Shown here: positions 39,444-50,111 of the stretch, piece after piece
Numbering within the stretch: the stretch's first letter is position 1
Layout: the number at the start of each line of letters is the position of its first letter
Sequence record: SRR31156797_326
DNA: 64,000 nt
Direction: 5' to 3' (one strand)
The notes under the pieces: generated by a model
What the model was told of the DNA's origin: nothing
The model's database searches: none
Seen by the model: only the letters and a program-made list of their open reading frames with translations
Position numbers and translations under genes: made by a program

Positions 39444-42400
39444 TTACTTAACAATGAATTTTGTGTTTTGAACACTGCTACCGGCCTGTAAATTCAGAAT
39501 ATACACACCGCTGTTTAATCCGTTGCAATCAAATGAGAACTCATTTTTGCCTTCGGTAGAATTGGTCATTTGGAAGTGTTTAATAACTTTTCCGGAAACG
39601 TCCAGAACTTTAATGGTTACCGACTCTTCCTGGTTCAGGTTAAATGAAATATTAGCCTGGCCCTGAACGGGGTTCGGATATATATCAACTTTGATCTCGT
39701 CTATTGTTCCTGATGGAGAATGAATTTCCGGAACACCTACGGGCAAATGGAATGAAGCATCTCTGAAAACGCCTCTTCCGAATGTAGCGCAATAAATATC
39801 ACCAAAGTTATTCACTGCAGGATAAACAATCGGTTCAGATGTTGGATCAGGATTTTCAAGAATAAATCCGGCCTTGTAAACACTCTGCTGTTCCATTCTT
39901 ACAACCATCGCCTTGCCAACTCCATTGGCGTCGATTGTCCATTCAGGCGTATCACTTGTCAGGTTTTGAGTTGAGAAAATGCCCAACTCAGTACCAATGA
40001 TTCCAATGTCAGAGTCCTGCATTTCGATAATTGAGGAATAAGCTGGCATTTTTGGAAGGTCACCTGTAATGTCAGTGAAAGCAACGGCATCAACAGCGTC
40101 AAGTGCATTCATCGACTGGTAAACATAACTTTCATTACCATAATTACCAAGGGTGACAAGAATGTGGTTTGGATCCTGTTTGTCAACAGATACCGAAGTT
40201 ACATACCTGTCGGTTATCGCCTCAGGAATGATTTCGGCTACTGAAAGCACACAGAATGGGCTATCGATGTCGCCGGATTCTTTATCGCCGGCATCCTGGA
40301 TATTGGCAACCCTGTATATTCTACCATTTTCAGTACCAACAAAGAGATAGTTACCATCACTTGAAACACCCAGGCAGGATGGTTTGGAGAAGTTTCCAAC
40401 TGTTTGTAAAATCTTCCACATATTTCTACGTGTGTTAATCGAATTGGTCCAGGTAACAATGCTATCAAATTTAATGATGTCTCGTGTCATGTAAACCGCA
40501 TTGTGAGTGGCAATAAAGAACTTGCTTTGTACAATGTCCTGAACGTAAATTGAATCACCTTCAGCGAGTGTTTCCTGTTCCAGAACGTGGTAGAATGGAT
40601 ATCCTTTTCCGCCTTCAACACCCTTATTGGCGCTATGGCAGAGAATCTGTTCACCTTGCGTATATGTCCTGTCGGCAATGAATTTTACTTCAGTTTTTGA
40701 ATTATAGTCATTGAAGTTTTCCCACTTGGCAAATGGTGTAATTACAAGGTTGGTATTTGGTGGCGTAAAGTTCAGCGAAAAACTCAGCCCAAAGTCGTTT
40801 GTTCTGTTCATATTCCCAACAACATCACTTAGCATGAAAGCGCTTGGGTTAATAATCGAGGTTTGACATGAACCACCTGTAACACCATAAATATTTTCAC
40901 CTGTTTGTGGTGTGTTTCCCTCACCGCTTACAAACTGAACGCCGTTACTTTGAACTCCGGCAAGGAACCAGTTGCGCAGGCCGGAAATACCGAGTGTATA
41001 AACTTGAGAATTTGACAATCCCCTGATAATTTGCTGGTATGATACGCTTCCTGCCTGGAATGCACCAAAAGATATCCCTTTACTTGTAGCAATGGCGAAA
41101 TCTGAATTTGAGCCGGGGAAGAACACATAATTGTGATGGCTTTCCGGTAAGTAGCTTGGGAAGGATGTTGGCACCAGGCTTGTTGAGATCGGGCCTGCTC
41201 CCCAGTCGTAAAATTCTCCGGCTGACAACCGTTCACCCAACCAGAGGTCATCACCACCCAGTAACAATTTATAAGGATTGTTCGGGAAAACAGTAAGTAC
41301 CATGTTGAAACATGATGAACCTTCGAAAGGCAGGAGAGAAGAAGTTGATCCACCCGGGAAAATGATTTCCCATGTCTGTCCACGGTCGGTGGAGAGGTAC
41401 ATGTTTTCCATGTATCCCAGGGCGTCAGAACAAACTGCATAATAAACATTGTCATCTGACGGGGCAATAGCAATTTGGGTTCTGCCCTGGTTAGCCAGTG
41501 AAAGCGGGCTGATTTCTTCAACAAAATTATCGTAATCTGTTGTGTCGTTAAATACAAGTTGACCGCGGTTATAAACCTGATCGTTGGTATCGATTACAGC
41601 AAGATTTGTTTTGTAATAGGTAATGTCCCTGCTGTAAAAATCCATGTTGCTGGGGTTGCTTGATACATTGGTGAACAATGGATTTGCTCCTCCGTCAGAA
41701 ACATAAACTTTATTATTGAATGTTGCCATAACAACGCCGGATGTGCCAACTTCAACAGATGAACATTCAATGATGCCAAATTCCATTTCATCATTTATCC
41801 GGCTTTCCTCAACGGTTTCGAAAAGCAATGTATCGATCATCACTTCTGATTGGCCTTCAATAATCAACTCGTCACCTTCAACGGTCCATGAATCACAGTA
41901 GATGGTAGAATCGAGGTGGGCTGTTATGCCGTAGGTTATCGAATCGCTTTCGTAGCGGGTAACTTTGTTCCAGCTGGTACCTTTGTCATCAGAAAAGAAC
42001 AGTCCGGTATTGGTGGCTGAATAAAGCCTTCCGTTAGCGACATCGTAAGCCAGATCGTAAATGTATGCAAAATCAACGGTGTCGTTTTGTTCTGTTAGCT
42101 CTGGAGCAGTAGCAGGAAGAAGTTCAAAATTGTCACTGTCGGATGATTTGTAGATACCGGTACCTACAATACCGCTGTAATAAATATTGTTTTGCGTGAA
42201 TTGAACATCGTTGGTGCAGAAACCATCACCTGTACCGGCATAAATATTGCCCTCCGGATCCTGGATCATGCAGGAGACCTTGAGGTTTTGTCCGGCCTGG
42301 TTTAGTTTTGTCCAGGTAGCTCCAAGGTTTTCGGTGCGCCAGATACCTCCTGTAACCCCGGCCAAAATCAAAGATTGATTGCTTGCAGCCTGGTTATCAA

Positions 42401-42710
42401 AAAGCATTGCCCTCACCACACCAGGGGCATTGTCAGGTCCCATCGTTTGCCAGTCCAGGTTGAGTGATGCACCTGATTTAAGCGCCATGGCCCGGGTTTC
42501 TTCCATCGCCCTGACTGCATCTGCAGGATCAATTTTGTGAGTAACCTGGTTTGCCCTGATCTTGGTAAAATATTCTGCCTGAGTCGTAAAAGCCGACCGG
42601 CCTTCATCCGACTGCTTGTCTGGCCCGTAATCGAGGCCAGAAGCCAGAATAATGGAGGTAACTCCCAGAATGATAGTAAATAAACTAAGTGGTAAAAGTT
42701 TACTTTTCAT
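39444..42710 (-). CDS. T9SS-secreted BNR/beta-propeller protein
   Basis: Asp-box repeats (TENLGATW, SDDKGTSW, STDRGQTW), ATFGRG, IYPNP CTD. Confidence 0.85.
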   Translation of the reverse strand: MKSKLLPLSLFTIILGVTSIILASGLDYGPDKQSDEGRSAFTTQAEYFTKIRANQVTHKIDPADAVRAMEETRAMALKSGASLNLDWQTMGPDNAPGVVRAMLFDNQAASNQSLILAGVTGGIWRTENLGATWTKLNQAGQNLKVSCMIQDPEGNIYAGTGDGFCTNDVQFTQNNIYYSGIVGTGIYKSSDSDNFELLPATAPELTEQNDTVDFAYIYDLAYDVANGRLYSATNTGLFFSDDKGTSWNKVTRYESDSITYGITAHLDSTIYCDSWTVEGDELIIEGQSEVMIDTLLFETVEESRINDEMEFGIIECSSVEVGTSGVVMATFNNKVYVSDGGANPLFTNVSSNPSNMDFYSRDITYYKTNLAVIDTNDQVYNRGQLVFNDTTDYDNFVEEISPLSLANQGRTQIAIAPSDDNVYYAVCSDALGYMENMYLSTDRGQTWEIIFPGGSTSSLLPFEGSSCFNMVLTVFPNNPYKLLLGGDDLWLGERLSAGEFYDWGAGPISTSLVPTSFPSYLPESHHNYVFFPGSNSDFAIATSKGISFGAFQAGSVSYQQIIRGLSNSQVYTLGISGLRNWFLAGVQSNGVQFVSGEGNTPQTGENIYGVTGGSCQTSIINPSAFMLSDVVGNMNRTNDFGLSFSLNFTPPNTNLVITPFAKWENFNDYNSKTEVKFIADRTYTQGEQILCHSANKGVEGGKGYPFYHVLEQETLAEGDSIYVQDIVQSKFFIATHNAVYMTRDIIKFDSIVTWTNSINTRRNMWKILQTVGNFSKPSCLGVSSDGNYLFVGTENGRIYRVANIQDAGDKESGDIDSPFCVLSVAEIIPEAITDRYVTSVSVDKQDPNHILVTLGNYGNESYVYQSMNALDAVDAVAFTDITGDLPKMPAYSSIIEMQDSDIGIIGTELGIFSTQNLTSDTPEWTIDANGVGKAMVVRMEQQSVYKAGFILENPDPTSEPIVYPAVNNFGDIYCATFGRGVFRDASFHLPVGVPEIHSPSGTIDEIKVDIYPNPVQGQANISFNLNQEESVTIKVLDVSGKVIKHFQMTNSTEGKNEFSFDCNGLNSGVYILNLQAGSSVQNTKFIVK

Positions 42711-43294
42711 GTTAATTGAATTTGATTAGTATATTATAATTCTTTAATTCCGGTTTTTTGGCTTTTCAGTTTGCTGAAAATGAATAAGTTAAGATTTGAT
42801 AAAATGTTGTATCTGATAAAAATGTAAAAAACCTAGTTTAAACCAAAAGATCAAATGTAGCTGTTACCCTGATTTTTATGCCTTTATAATCAGAAATCGG
42901 TAAATCGAAATCAGTTATCGGTGTTACCAAAAATCAGTTGTATGTGCTTCAAATCAACTAAAAAATCTTAAAATTTGAATGAACAAAGTTGAAAAAAAAA
43001 TCCCAACCAAGCATTGATTTTTATCAATTCAAATCGATTTTAAATAAAACTGCTGTTACAAAAAGTGCCAAAGATAGGAATGATTTGCGATTGAACATCA
43101 TAATTATCACAAAATCAAACTTATAAATTCAATTGTTTTATGCTTTTTTTGCTGGTAATCACGCAAATAAAAATTTTGTCAGTTAAGTTATTCACAACAC
43201 CCAAATAAATCTTGCTTCAAGCAACGTATATTAATAAAATTGCGAGTCTGTAATTTTCAGCACAGTATTTGTAATAGCAGCGCAATTAAAATGC

Positions 43295-43302
43295 TACTTT
43301 TG
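43295..43302 (+). promoter_or_regulatory. Bacteroidota -7 promoter element
   Basis: TACTTTTG; supports a start at 43355 rather than 43310. Confidence 0.6.
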
Positions 43303-43354
43303 CTCGCAAATGCAAAGTGAGAAAAGAATAATCAACAATAAACAGGTTACATTT

Positions 43355-44500
43355 ATGAAAAGAGTTAAGAATTTGAGTTGTGCGTTGTTAATTGCACTGA
43401 TATTCAGTTCATCGTTGGGCTTTTCCCAGGAAAAATACTATGAATTAACAACAGTTAAGGAAGTAAAGACCAATACTTCCAAGGGTCAAAAAAGGGTTGG
43501 TACCTGCTGGAGCAATGCGGGTGCTGCTTTTCTGGAGGCTGAAATGCTCAGGATAGGTAAAGAGCCTGTCAGTCTTTCAACCCTTCAGTTTGTGCATAGT
43601 GCGTACACCAAAAAGGCCGATATTTACCTGAATGAAAATGAAAAATTAAAAGTTGATCCTTCGGGAATTGCTTTTGATGTAATTACTCTGGCAGGAGACT
43701 ACGGTATGGTTCCTGAAAGTGAGTTTATGAATGCTGATGATGAAATGACCTCAAAACAAAATCAAGGTGAAATGGATGCTATACTTCGTGGAACTTTGAA
43801 TATGATCCAGCAAAAGGGTGAAGGCTTTACGGAAAGATGGCAAAATGTTTATAACACCTCTTTGCTCAGATACATGGGTGAACCAAAAATAGAATTCACT
43901 TACAACGGTTCCTCTTACAACGCAAAATCATTTGCCGGCTCTACCGGATTGAATCTGGATGATTATACACTGCTGACCTGGTTACCACAATCTGACTTTA
44001 ATACAAAGGTTGATCCTGCGCTGAGGCAAAACTGGGCCAAAAATGACTTTTACAATGTTCAGGGAAGCGACATGATTGAAGCAATAAAAAGTAGCATTGA
44101 AGGTGGTTACACTGTTGTTTGGTATGGTAAGATAGATGAATCGCAACTGTTTCATGATGAAAATATGGCCCTTGTTCCTGCCAATAAAATGCCTGGCGCA
44201 ATTGAAGAGGAGGAAGAATCAATAGAACCGGAATTTAAACCGGTGGCCGAAAAACAGGTTACACCTGAAATGCATGCCGAACTGCTTAAAAAAGCAGGGC
44301 AGAAGGATCAGGATTATCTGTTAATTCATGGAATGACAACAGACCAGGAAGAGAATAGCTATTTCACCGCAAAATATGTTTGCCAGACAGGGGATAAAAC
44401 GATCAATTTATCCATACCTTTCGTAGAGCTGAACACCGTTTACCTGATGTTGAATAAAAATGGTTTGCCATCAACATTGAAAAATAACTTGGGCATGTAA
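43355..44500 (+). CDS. C1B (aminopeptidase C/bleomycin hydrolase) homologue, probably inactive
   Basis: QKRVGTCWS Cys motif, YGMVPE, family layout retained; His and Asn motifs appear replaced. Confidence 0.8.
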   Translation: MKRVKNLSCALLIALIFSSSLGFSQEKYYELTTVKEVKTNTSKGQKRVGTCWSNAGAAFLEAEMLRIGKEPVSLSTLQFVHSAYTKKADIYLNENEKLKVDPSGIAFDVITLAGDYGMVPESEFMNADDEMTSKQNQGEMDAILRGTLNMIQQKGEGFTERWQNVYNTSLLRYMGEPKIEFTYNGSSYNAKSFAGSTGLNLDDYTLLTWLPQSDFNTKVDPALRQNWAKNDFYNVQGSDMIEAIKSSIEGGYTVVWYGKIDESQLFHDENMALVPANKMPGAIEEEEESIEPEFKPVAEKQVTPEMHAELLKKAGQKDQDYLLIHGMTTDQEENSYFTAKYVCQTGDKTINLSIPFVELNTVYLMLNKNGLPSTLKNNLGM

Positions 44501-44529
44501 CCAGGTTGCTATGTATTTAATCCAATAGT

Positions 44530-44565
44530 AAAAAAATCCTGCTCAAACCGAGCAGGATTTTTTTT
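44530..44565. terminator. Bidirectional intrinsic terminator
   Basis: AAAAAAATCCTGCTC-aaacc-GAGCAGGATTTTTTT. Confidence 0.85.
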
Positions 44566-45337
44566 ATATCTTCTTGAGGTCGTGGTCCTTAATCCACCCC
44601 ACACTTCCATTGGCAATTTTCACTTCGTACCATTCTCCCACATGATCGGTAATCTGAACTTTTGTCCCTTCATGAATAACGAACAGGTCAATGCCTGTTT
44701 CGGTGGGTGAACTTTTTACGGCCAGGGTTGGCGTGAAAATTATAGCCTGGTGGTCTTCGGTGAAGGTTTTGTATTTCTGATTTGCCAGCATCCAGGTTGT
44801 TCCTGAAATCACGATAAATACAAGGCCCAGCCAGAATGCAGTTTTTTTGATCCAGTAGACATTGGTTAGAAGGAAAAAAAGCAGCATAACAAAAATCAAA
44901 GAAAAAAACGCAAGACTAATTACGGCCCACTGATCTACTGTAAATGTGTAGAGCAGGTTCTTCCACCATCTTATATAGAATATCTCAGGCACATTTTCAA
45001 TTTTATCCACAATCTGGCTATTGGCAATCTCCAGATTAAAAAGAATATCCTCGTCGTTTGGCTTCAGTTTTTTTGCCTTCTCGTAATTCAGGATTGCCGA
45101 GGGCAGATCATTCATTTTAAAATAGGCATTTCCCAAATTGTAATAAACCCCTGCAGATTCAAATCCATTCTCAATCACTTTTTCGTAGAGTTCGATGGCT
45201 TGTTCAAAATTATCCTCACTGTAAACCTTATTCGCTTCAGCAAGCAACAATTCATTGTCGTCGGCAAACAGGCTGGCAGCCGCCAGAACAAAAACCAGTA
45301 TGATCCAGTATTTTTTCAATGCTAGCATAATCATCAT
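44564..45337 (-). CDS. batE: BatE (TPR + SH3)
   Basis: TPR (YYNLGNAYFK), TM helices, HEGTKV..GWI SH3-like domain; last gene of the Bat cluster. Confidence 0.85.
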   Translation of the reverse strand: MMIMLALKKYWIILVFVLAAASLFADDNELLLAEANKVYSEDNFEQAIELYEKVIENGFESAGVYYNLGNAYFKMNDLPSAILNYEKAKKLKPNDEDILFNLEIANSQIVDKIENVPEIFYIRWWKNLLYTFTVDQWAVISLAFFSLIFVMLLFFLLTNVYWIKKTAFWLGLVFIVISGTTWMLANQKYKTFTEDHQAIIFTPTLAVKSSPTETGIDLFVIHEGTKVQITDHVGEWYEVKIANGSVGWIKDHDLKKI

Positions 45338-47214
45338 TTTAGCTCTCGTTCTATTTTTGAAATAATTTCAAGCGCTTCTTTATAAATCTTGTCCATGTTT
45401 TCTGATTTATCTCCCGGAGCAAAACGTGCATATTCCGTATTGTTTAACGTTTCGATAAACTGGTCGGTAATTTCCTCTTTTACCTCTTTTTTAATCAACA
45501 CTTCACGCACATTGTCCATCGATAACCTGGCTTTTGCAATGTTGAGTTTATCACTCAGGTATCCCCAAAGTGCCCTTGATATTTCGACGTAAAATTCGTT
45601 TTCCTTACCATCTTTCATGAAAGCATGGGCTTGTTTCAGACGTTTCCTGGAAATTTTTGTGGCTTTGCGGTTTTTCATTTTTGCTACATCGCTGCGCCGC
45701 TTTACAGTTTGCCGCCAAACTATAATCACCAATATGGATACAAGAACCGGGATTAAAAGCAAAATAAAATACCAGTTTGAACGGAAGAAAAATGTACCGG
45801 TTTGCCTGAGTTGATAGGGGGGCAGCTTGATGTGCCTGATATCCTGGCCAATGTATTGGATTTCCTCTTTGCCCATGCTTGAAAAAGTAACTCCTGACGA
45901 TTGGTCGTTGGCACCTTTTTTAACTGTTATTTTGTATTCGGGCGAGCTGAGTGTGCTGTATTCTTTCTTTGAAACATCGAAATAGGCGAGTTCTACAGGC
46001 TTGATCGTAAAGTCCCCCGGATTACGCGGAATGATAAGGTATTCAAAAGTCCGGGTGCCTGAAACACCACTTTGGTTTGCCCTGATATTATTGGATATTT
46101 CCGGATCATAAACTTCAAAATCCGGAGGGAAGTTAACCTCAGGGGCATCAATCAGTTCGATATTTCCTTTTCCTGACAAAACGAATTTCAAGGTGATGGC
46201 GTCATTGGTAACGACATCAGTTCCACTGATTTCAGACTTGAAGGAATAGCTACCTACGGCACCACTGAAACTTGAAGGCTTATTTTGTGTCGGCAATGGC
46301 TTAACATCAATTTTCAGGCTGTTTGAAAACAGTTGCTTTTCAATATTCTGATAGCGGTTGTTGAAAAACGGGTCGTTAAAAAAACTGTCGAAAAACGGAT
46401 CGGAACCTTTGCGTTTTCCACTTGACCGGATTTGAGCTACACATTCCAGTTCACCGGGTTCTATAATAATTTCACCACTGCGTTGTGGAAACAATGCGAA
46501 TTTCCGTACTTCGGCAACTACATATTCTTTCCCGTTCAAAACCTGCCGCGATTGTGGATATTCTTTGATGTTTTGAAGCAGGTCTTTTGCCCAAAACCCA
46601 GGGAATGAAGAAATCTTTGAAGCATCAATATTCGAAATGGGGAGGGTGGTATAGATTTTATAGGTAATGATCACCTGTTCACCAAGGTAGGGTGTTGAAT
46701 TGCTGATGTGTGCCCTGATAAAAAGTTCGTCTCCTGTTCCTTGCTCTGTTGCATTTCCGGTACTTCCGGAATTTCCCTGGCCGGAACTCTTCACAACCCT
46801 GATATTAACGCTGTTCGAAGCATACTTTTTTCCATCCACTGTGATCTCGGCCGCAGGTATTGTAAACGTACCTTCCTTAGTGGCTCTCAAAACATACGAG
46901 AAAACATAATCAACTTTGCTGGTAACCTGGCCATTTACAATCTGCACACTTGAACTGGTGGATGTGTTGGGCCCTGATAATACCTGGAAATCTGTGATGT
47001 TTGGGCCCCTGAACCCTGAACCTTCAGCGTTGATGTTGAAGCGAAGCTGGAATTTTTCACCTACCCTTACAGCCGTTTTGGCTGTAGCCGTAAAGTTGAT
47101 TTCATCGGCTTTGCTTGTTTGCCAGGATGAAAATATCAACAACAGGCTCAGCAGGTAAATCGGCCTTATGATCCGTGTAAATAATCCAACCATATTTTTT
47201 TTCTGATTCATCAT
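45334..47214 (-). CDS. batD: BatD
   Basis: GPNTSTSSSVQIVNG, LFPQRSG, FSGAVG, YLIIPR; position in the Bat cluster. Confidence 0.88.
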   Translation of the reverse strand: MMNQKKNMVGLFTRIIRPIYLLSLLLIFSSWQTSKADEINFTATAKTAVRVGEKFQLRFNINAEGSGFRGPNITDFQVLSGPNTSTSSSVQIVNGQVTSKVDYVFSYVLRATKEGTFTIPAAEITVDGKKYASNSVNIRVVKSSGQGNSGSTGNATEQGTGDELFIRAHISNSTPYLGEQVIITYKIYTTLPISNIDASKISSFPGFWAKDLLQNIKEYPQSRQVLNGKEYVVAEVRKFALFPQRSGEIIIEPGELECVAQIRSSGKRKGSDPFFDSFFNDPFFNNRYQNIEKQLFSNSLKIDVKPLPTQNKPSSFSGAVGSYSFKSEISGTDVVTNDAITLKFVLSGKGNIELIDAPEVNFPPDFEVYDPEISNNIRANQSGVSGTRTFEYLIIPRNPGDFTIKPVELAYFDVSKKEYSTLSSPEYKITVKKGANDQSSGVTFSSMGKEEIQYIGQDIRHIKLPPYQLRQTGTFFFRSNWYFILLLIPVLVSILVIIVWRQTVKRRSDVAKMKNRKATKISRKRLKQAHAFMKDGKENEFYVEISRALWGYLSDKLNIAKARLSMDNVREVLIKKEVKEEITDQFIETLNNTEYARFAPGDKSENMDKIYKEALEIISKIERELK

Positions 47215-47229
47215 TATTTAAACACTGAA

Positions 47230-48012
47230 TTACCAGTCTTTTTCTGATTTAACTCTTTTAGCGTTCTTTAATTTTTCAAGCTTTATTTTTTCGAGTGTTT
47301 TTTTCTCATTGTCTTTCAATGCCTGAAGCATTCGCTCAGCGTCTTCCTTTGATATTTGTTTGGGCTGCGGCTGCTGTTGTTGTTTTTGTTGATCCTGGTT
47401 TTGTTGCTGGTCCTGATTCTGATTTTGATCTTGCTTTTGTTGATCCTGATTTTCTTTTTCCTGGTCCTTTTTCTGCTGGTCCTGCTTTTGTTGATCTTGT
47501 TTTTGCTCCTGATCTTCGTTCTCGTTTTCCTTATTCTGATCCTGATTTTGCTGTTGTTGTTGTTGCTGTTTCAACATGCGACGGGCATATTCCAGGTTAT
47601 ATTTGCTGTCCTGGTCATCAGGATTGTTCCGTAAAGCATTTTTGTAAGCTTCAATGGCCTGTTCGTACTGTTGTAATCCTATCAGAGAATTTCCAAGATT
47701 GTGATAAGCCCCTGCCTTTAACTGGGGTGGAACATCTTCTCCTGACAGGCTTTCAAATTTTTGTGCGGCCTCCTCAAAGCTTTCCTGCTGGTACATGGCA
47801 CCCCCCAGGTTAAAGTTTCCCTTTACCGATTGCTGGTTTTTTTCCAGGGCCTTCCGGTAATCGATTTCAGCTTTCTGGAAATCACCATCTTCAAAGGCAT
47901 TGTTCCCCTTACGAATCAACTTATTTTCATTTTGTGCCGACAGGTCTGACATCGATGTCAAAATGCATGTGATCACAAATAAGCCTGATAATATGTGTTT
48001 CAGTATTTTCAT
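47230..48012 (-). CDS. batC: BatC (TPR + Gln-rich linker)
   Basis: TPRs, YNLEYA, Q/D/K-rich tract, C-terminal EKDW. Confidence 0.88.
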   Translation of the reverse strand: MKILKHILSGLFVITCILTSMSDLSAQNENKLIRKGNNAFEDGDFQKAEIDYRKALEKNQQSVKGNFNLGGAMYQQESFEEAAQKFESLSGEDVPPQLKAGAYHNLGNSLIGLQQYEQAIEAYKNALRNNPDDQDSKYNLEYARRMLKQQQQQQQNQDQNKENENEDQEQKQDQQKQDQQKKDQEKENQDQQKQDQNQNQDQQQNQDQQKQQQQPQPKQISKEDAERMLQALKDNEKKTLEKIKLEKLKNAKRVKSEKDW

Positions 48013-48022
48013 TTTAGCTTTT

Positions 48023-49081
48023 TCAGTTTTTCATGTTTGACTTTTTGTCACCAAAAAGGTTCACATTTCTAAACCACCGGCCGCGGCGCTCCAGGATAAA
48101 AAACTCAAACAGGAGCAGTGCCAGCGCAATTCCGATGAGGTATTGGAACCGATCTTCATAATCAGAAAAAACACGCGATTCGAACTCGGTTTTTTCAAGG
48201 TCGTTGATTTCATCAAAAATTAGTCCAAGTCCGGCCTGGCTGTTATTGGCCCTGACATATTCACCCTCACCTGCAGCTGCTATTTGTCGCAGCATATCTT
48301 CGTTTAACCTGGTAACCACTGTGTTGTTGTTCAAATCCTTTTTAAAGCCCTGCTGGTTCCCAAAACGATCGTAAACCGGGATTGGTGCACCTTCGGGCAA
48401 TCCCATGCCAATGGTATATACTTTGATGCCCTGCTCGTTAGCCTTTTGCGCAGCTACAATGGCTTCGCCTTCATGATCTTCTCCATCTGTAATGATGATG
48501 ATGGCTTTTTGGTGATCATTTTCGTCAAATGCGTCAATCGAAAGATCAATGGCTTCCGAAATGGCTGTACCCTGAGTCGGGACAATATCGGTGTTTATGG
48601 TGGATAAAAATAGTTTTGCTGCAGAGTAATCGGTGGTGATGGGTAACTGTGTGTAAGCATTGCCGGCAAAAACAACAATGCCCAGCCGGTCATTTTTTAA
48701 TTCATCCACAAGTTTAGAGATGGCCTGCCTGGCGCGTTGCAGCCTGTTGGGTTTGATGTCTTCGGCGAGCATACTGTTTGAAACATCGATGGCAATTACG
48801 ATGTCAATGCCACGCCGTTCTACAGTTTCGAGTTTTGAGCCAATTTGTGGATTAGCCAGGCCCGTAATGATCATAGTGTATGCCAGCATCAACAAAATAA
48901 ACTTTAAATACAATTTTCCTCCTGAAACATTTGGCATAAGCTTATCAACGAGGCCTGCTTCGCCAAATCGTTTCATGGCTCGCCTCTTCCAACTCTTCAT
49001 CAACCAAAAAAGGATGAAGAAAACCGGGATTAAAAGCAGCCCGTAGAAATAATCCGGTTCAGCAAATTTGAAAATCTGCAT
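48023..49081 (-). CDS. batB: BatB vWA domain protein
   Basis: DVSNSM MIDAS, QLPITTDY, ITDGEDHE. Confidence 0.9.
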   Translation of the reverse strand: MQIFKFAEPDYFYGLLLIPVFFILFWLMKSWKRRAMKRFGEAGLVDKLMPNVSGGKLYLKFILLMLAYTMIITGLANPQIGSKLETVERRGIDIVIAIDVSNSMLAEDIKPNRLQRARQAISKLVDELKNDRLGIVVFAGNAYTQLPITTDYSAAKLFLSTINTDIVPTQGTAISEAIDLSIDAFDENDHQKAIIIITDGEDHEGEAIVAAQKANEQGIKVYTIGMGLPEGAPIPVYDRFGNQQGFKKDLNNNTVVTRLNEDMLRQIAAAGEGEYVRANNSQAGLGLIFDEINDLEKTEFESRVFSDYEDRFQYLIGIALALLLFEFFILERRGRWFRNVNLFGDKKSNMKN

Positions 49082-49096
49082 ATTCGTTTTTAAAAT

Positions 49097-50092
49097 TTAT
49101 GGTGTTGTTCTGAAAACTGTATTCTTGAATAATATCTCTAATACAAACAAAAGCAATGCGATGAGCACAAATGGGAAAAACTCCTCAGTCTTTTTGTGAA
49201 ATTCAGTCACATCGATTTTTGACTTTTCCAACTCGTCAATTTCCTTGTAGATGTCTTCGAGTTTGTTGTTTGATGTTGCCCTGAAATATTTACCATCAGT
49301 CATTTCGGCCACATTTTCAAGCAGCTGTTCATCAATTTCCACTTCCATATCCTGGTAGCGGATACCAAATGGCGTTTGAACAGGGTAGGGAGCAGTGCCC
49401 ATACTTCCCACCCCAATGGCATAAATCCGGATGCCATAAAGCTTTGCGATTTCAGCCGCTGAAACCGGGTCAACAGCACCAGCGTTATTAACGCCATCTG
49501 TTAAGATGATAATTACTTTGCTAATGGCCTTACTTTCCTGTAGTCTTGAAACAGCTGTTGCAAGCCCGTCACCAATGGCTGTTCCGTCTTCAATCATACC
49601 GCTCTTGATTTCGTGAAATAAATTTTTCACTACGGAATGATCGGTTGTGAGCGGAACCTGGGTAAAGGTTTCACCGGCGAAAACTACCAGGCCAACCCGG
49701 TCGTTGGGGCGCCCGTCGATGAAATCGATGGCAACATTTTTTGCGGCTTCAAGCCTGTTTGGCTTCAGGTCTTCGGCAAGCATACTGCTAGAGATATCCA
49801 CGCCCATCACAATGTCGATACCTTCGATGGATACATCCTGGCTGCTCGATGAAGTTTGTGGCCTGGCCAAAGCAACAATAAGCAAAGCAACGGTAAGGAT
49901 CCTCAGCGCAAATAATCCATGATAAAGCACCTGCCTGATGCTGATTCCACTTTTCGCAAACGGCAGCGTGGATGAAATCTGGATATCGGCTTTGCTATGC
50001 CTGTTTTTAAACCAATACCACAACCCCATGAGTGGGATTACCAGCAACAAATAGAAAAATTCCGGATTTGCAAATTCTAGGTTCTTAAACAT
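49097..50092 (-). CDS. batA: BatA vWA domain protein
   Basis: LARPQ, DISSSM MIDAS, GTAIGDGL, LTDGVNN. Confidence 0.9.
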   Translation of the reverse strand: MFKNLEFANPEFFYLLLVIPLMGLWYWFKNRHSKADIQISSTLPFAKSGISIRQVLYHGLFALRILTVALLIVALARPQTSSSSQDVSIEGIDIVMGVDISSSMLAEDLKPNRLEAAKNVAIDFIDGRPNDRVGLVVFAGETFTQVPLTTDHSVVKNLFHEIKSGMIEDGTAIGDGLATAVSRLQESKAISKVIIILTDGVNNAGAVDPVSAAEIAKLYGIRIYAIGVGSMGTAPYPVQTPFGIRYQDMEVEIDEQLLENVAEMTDGKYFRATSNNKLEDIYKEIDELEKSKIDVTEFHKKTEEFFPFVLIALLLFVLEILFKNTVFRTTP

Positions 50093-50111
50093 TTCGATCT
50101 CTTTTACCGGA

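Noticed and set aside
43188-43196. Replication origin
   Set aside because: A single DnaA-box match is not enough; no box cluster or typical flanking genes
47295-47813. Tandem-repeat-like DNA and Leu-rich plus-strand ORFs
   Set aside because: Reverse complement of the ordinary Gln-rich BatC linker
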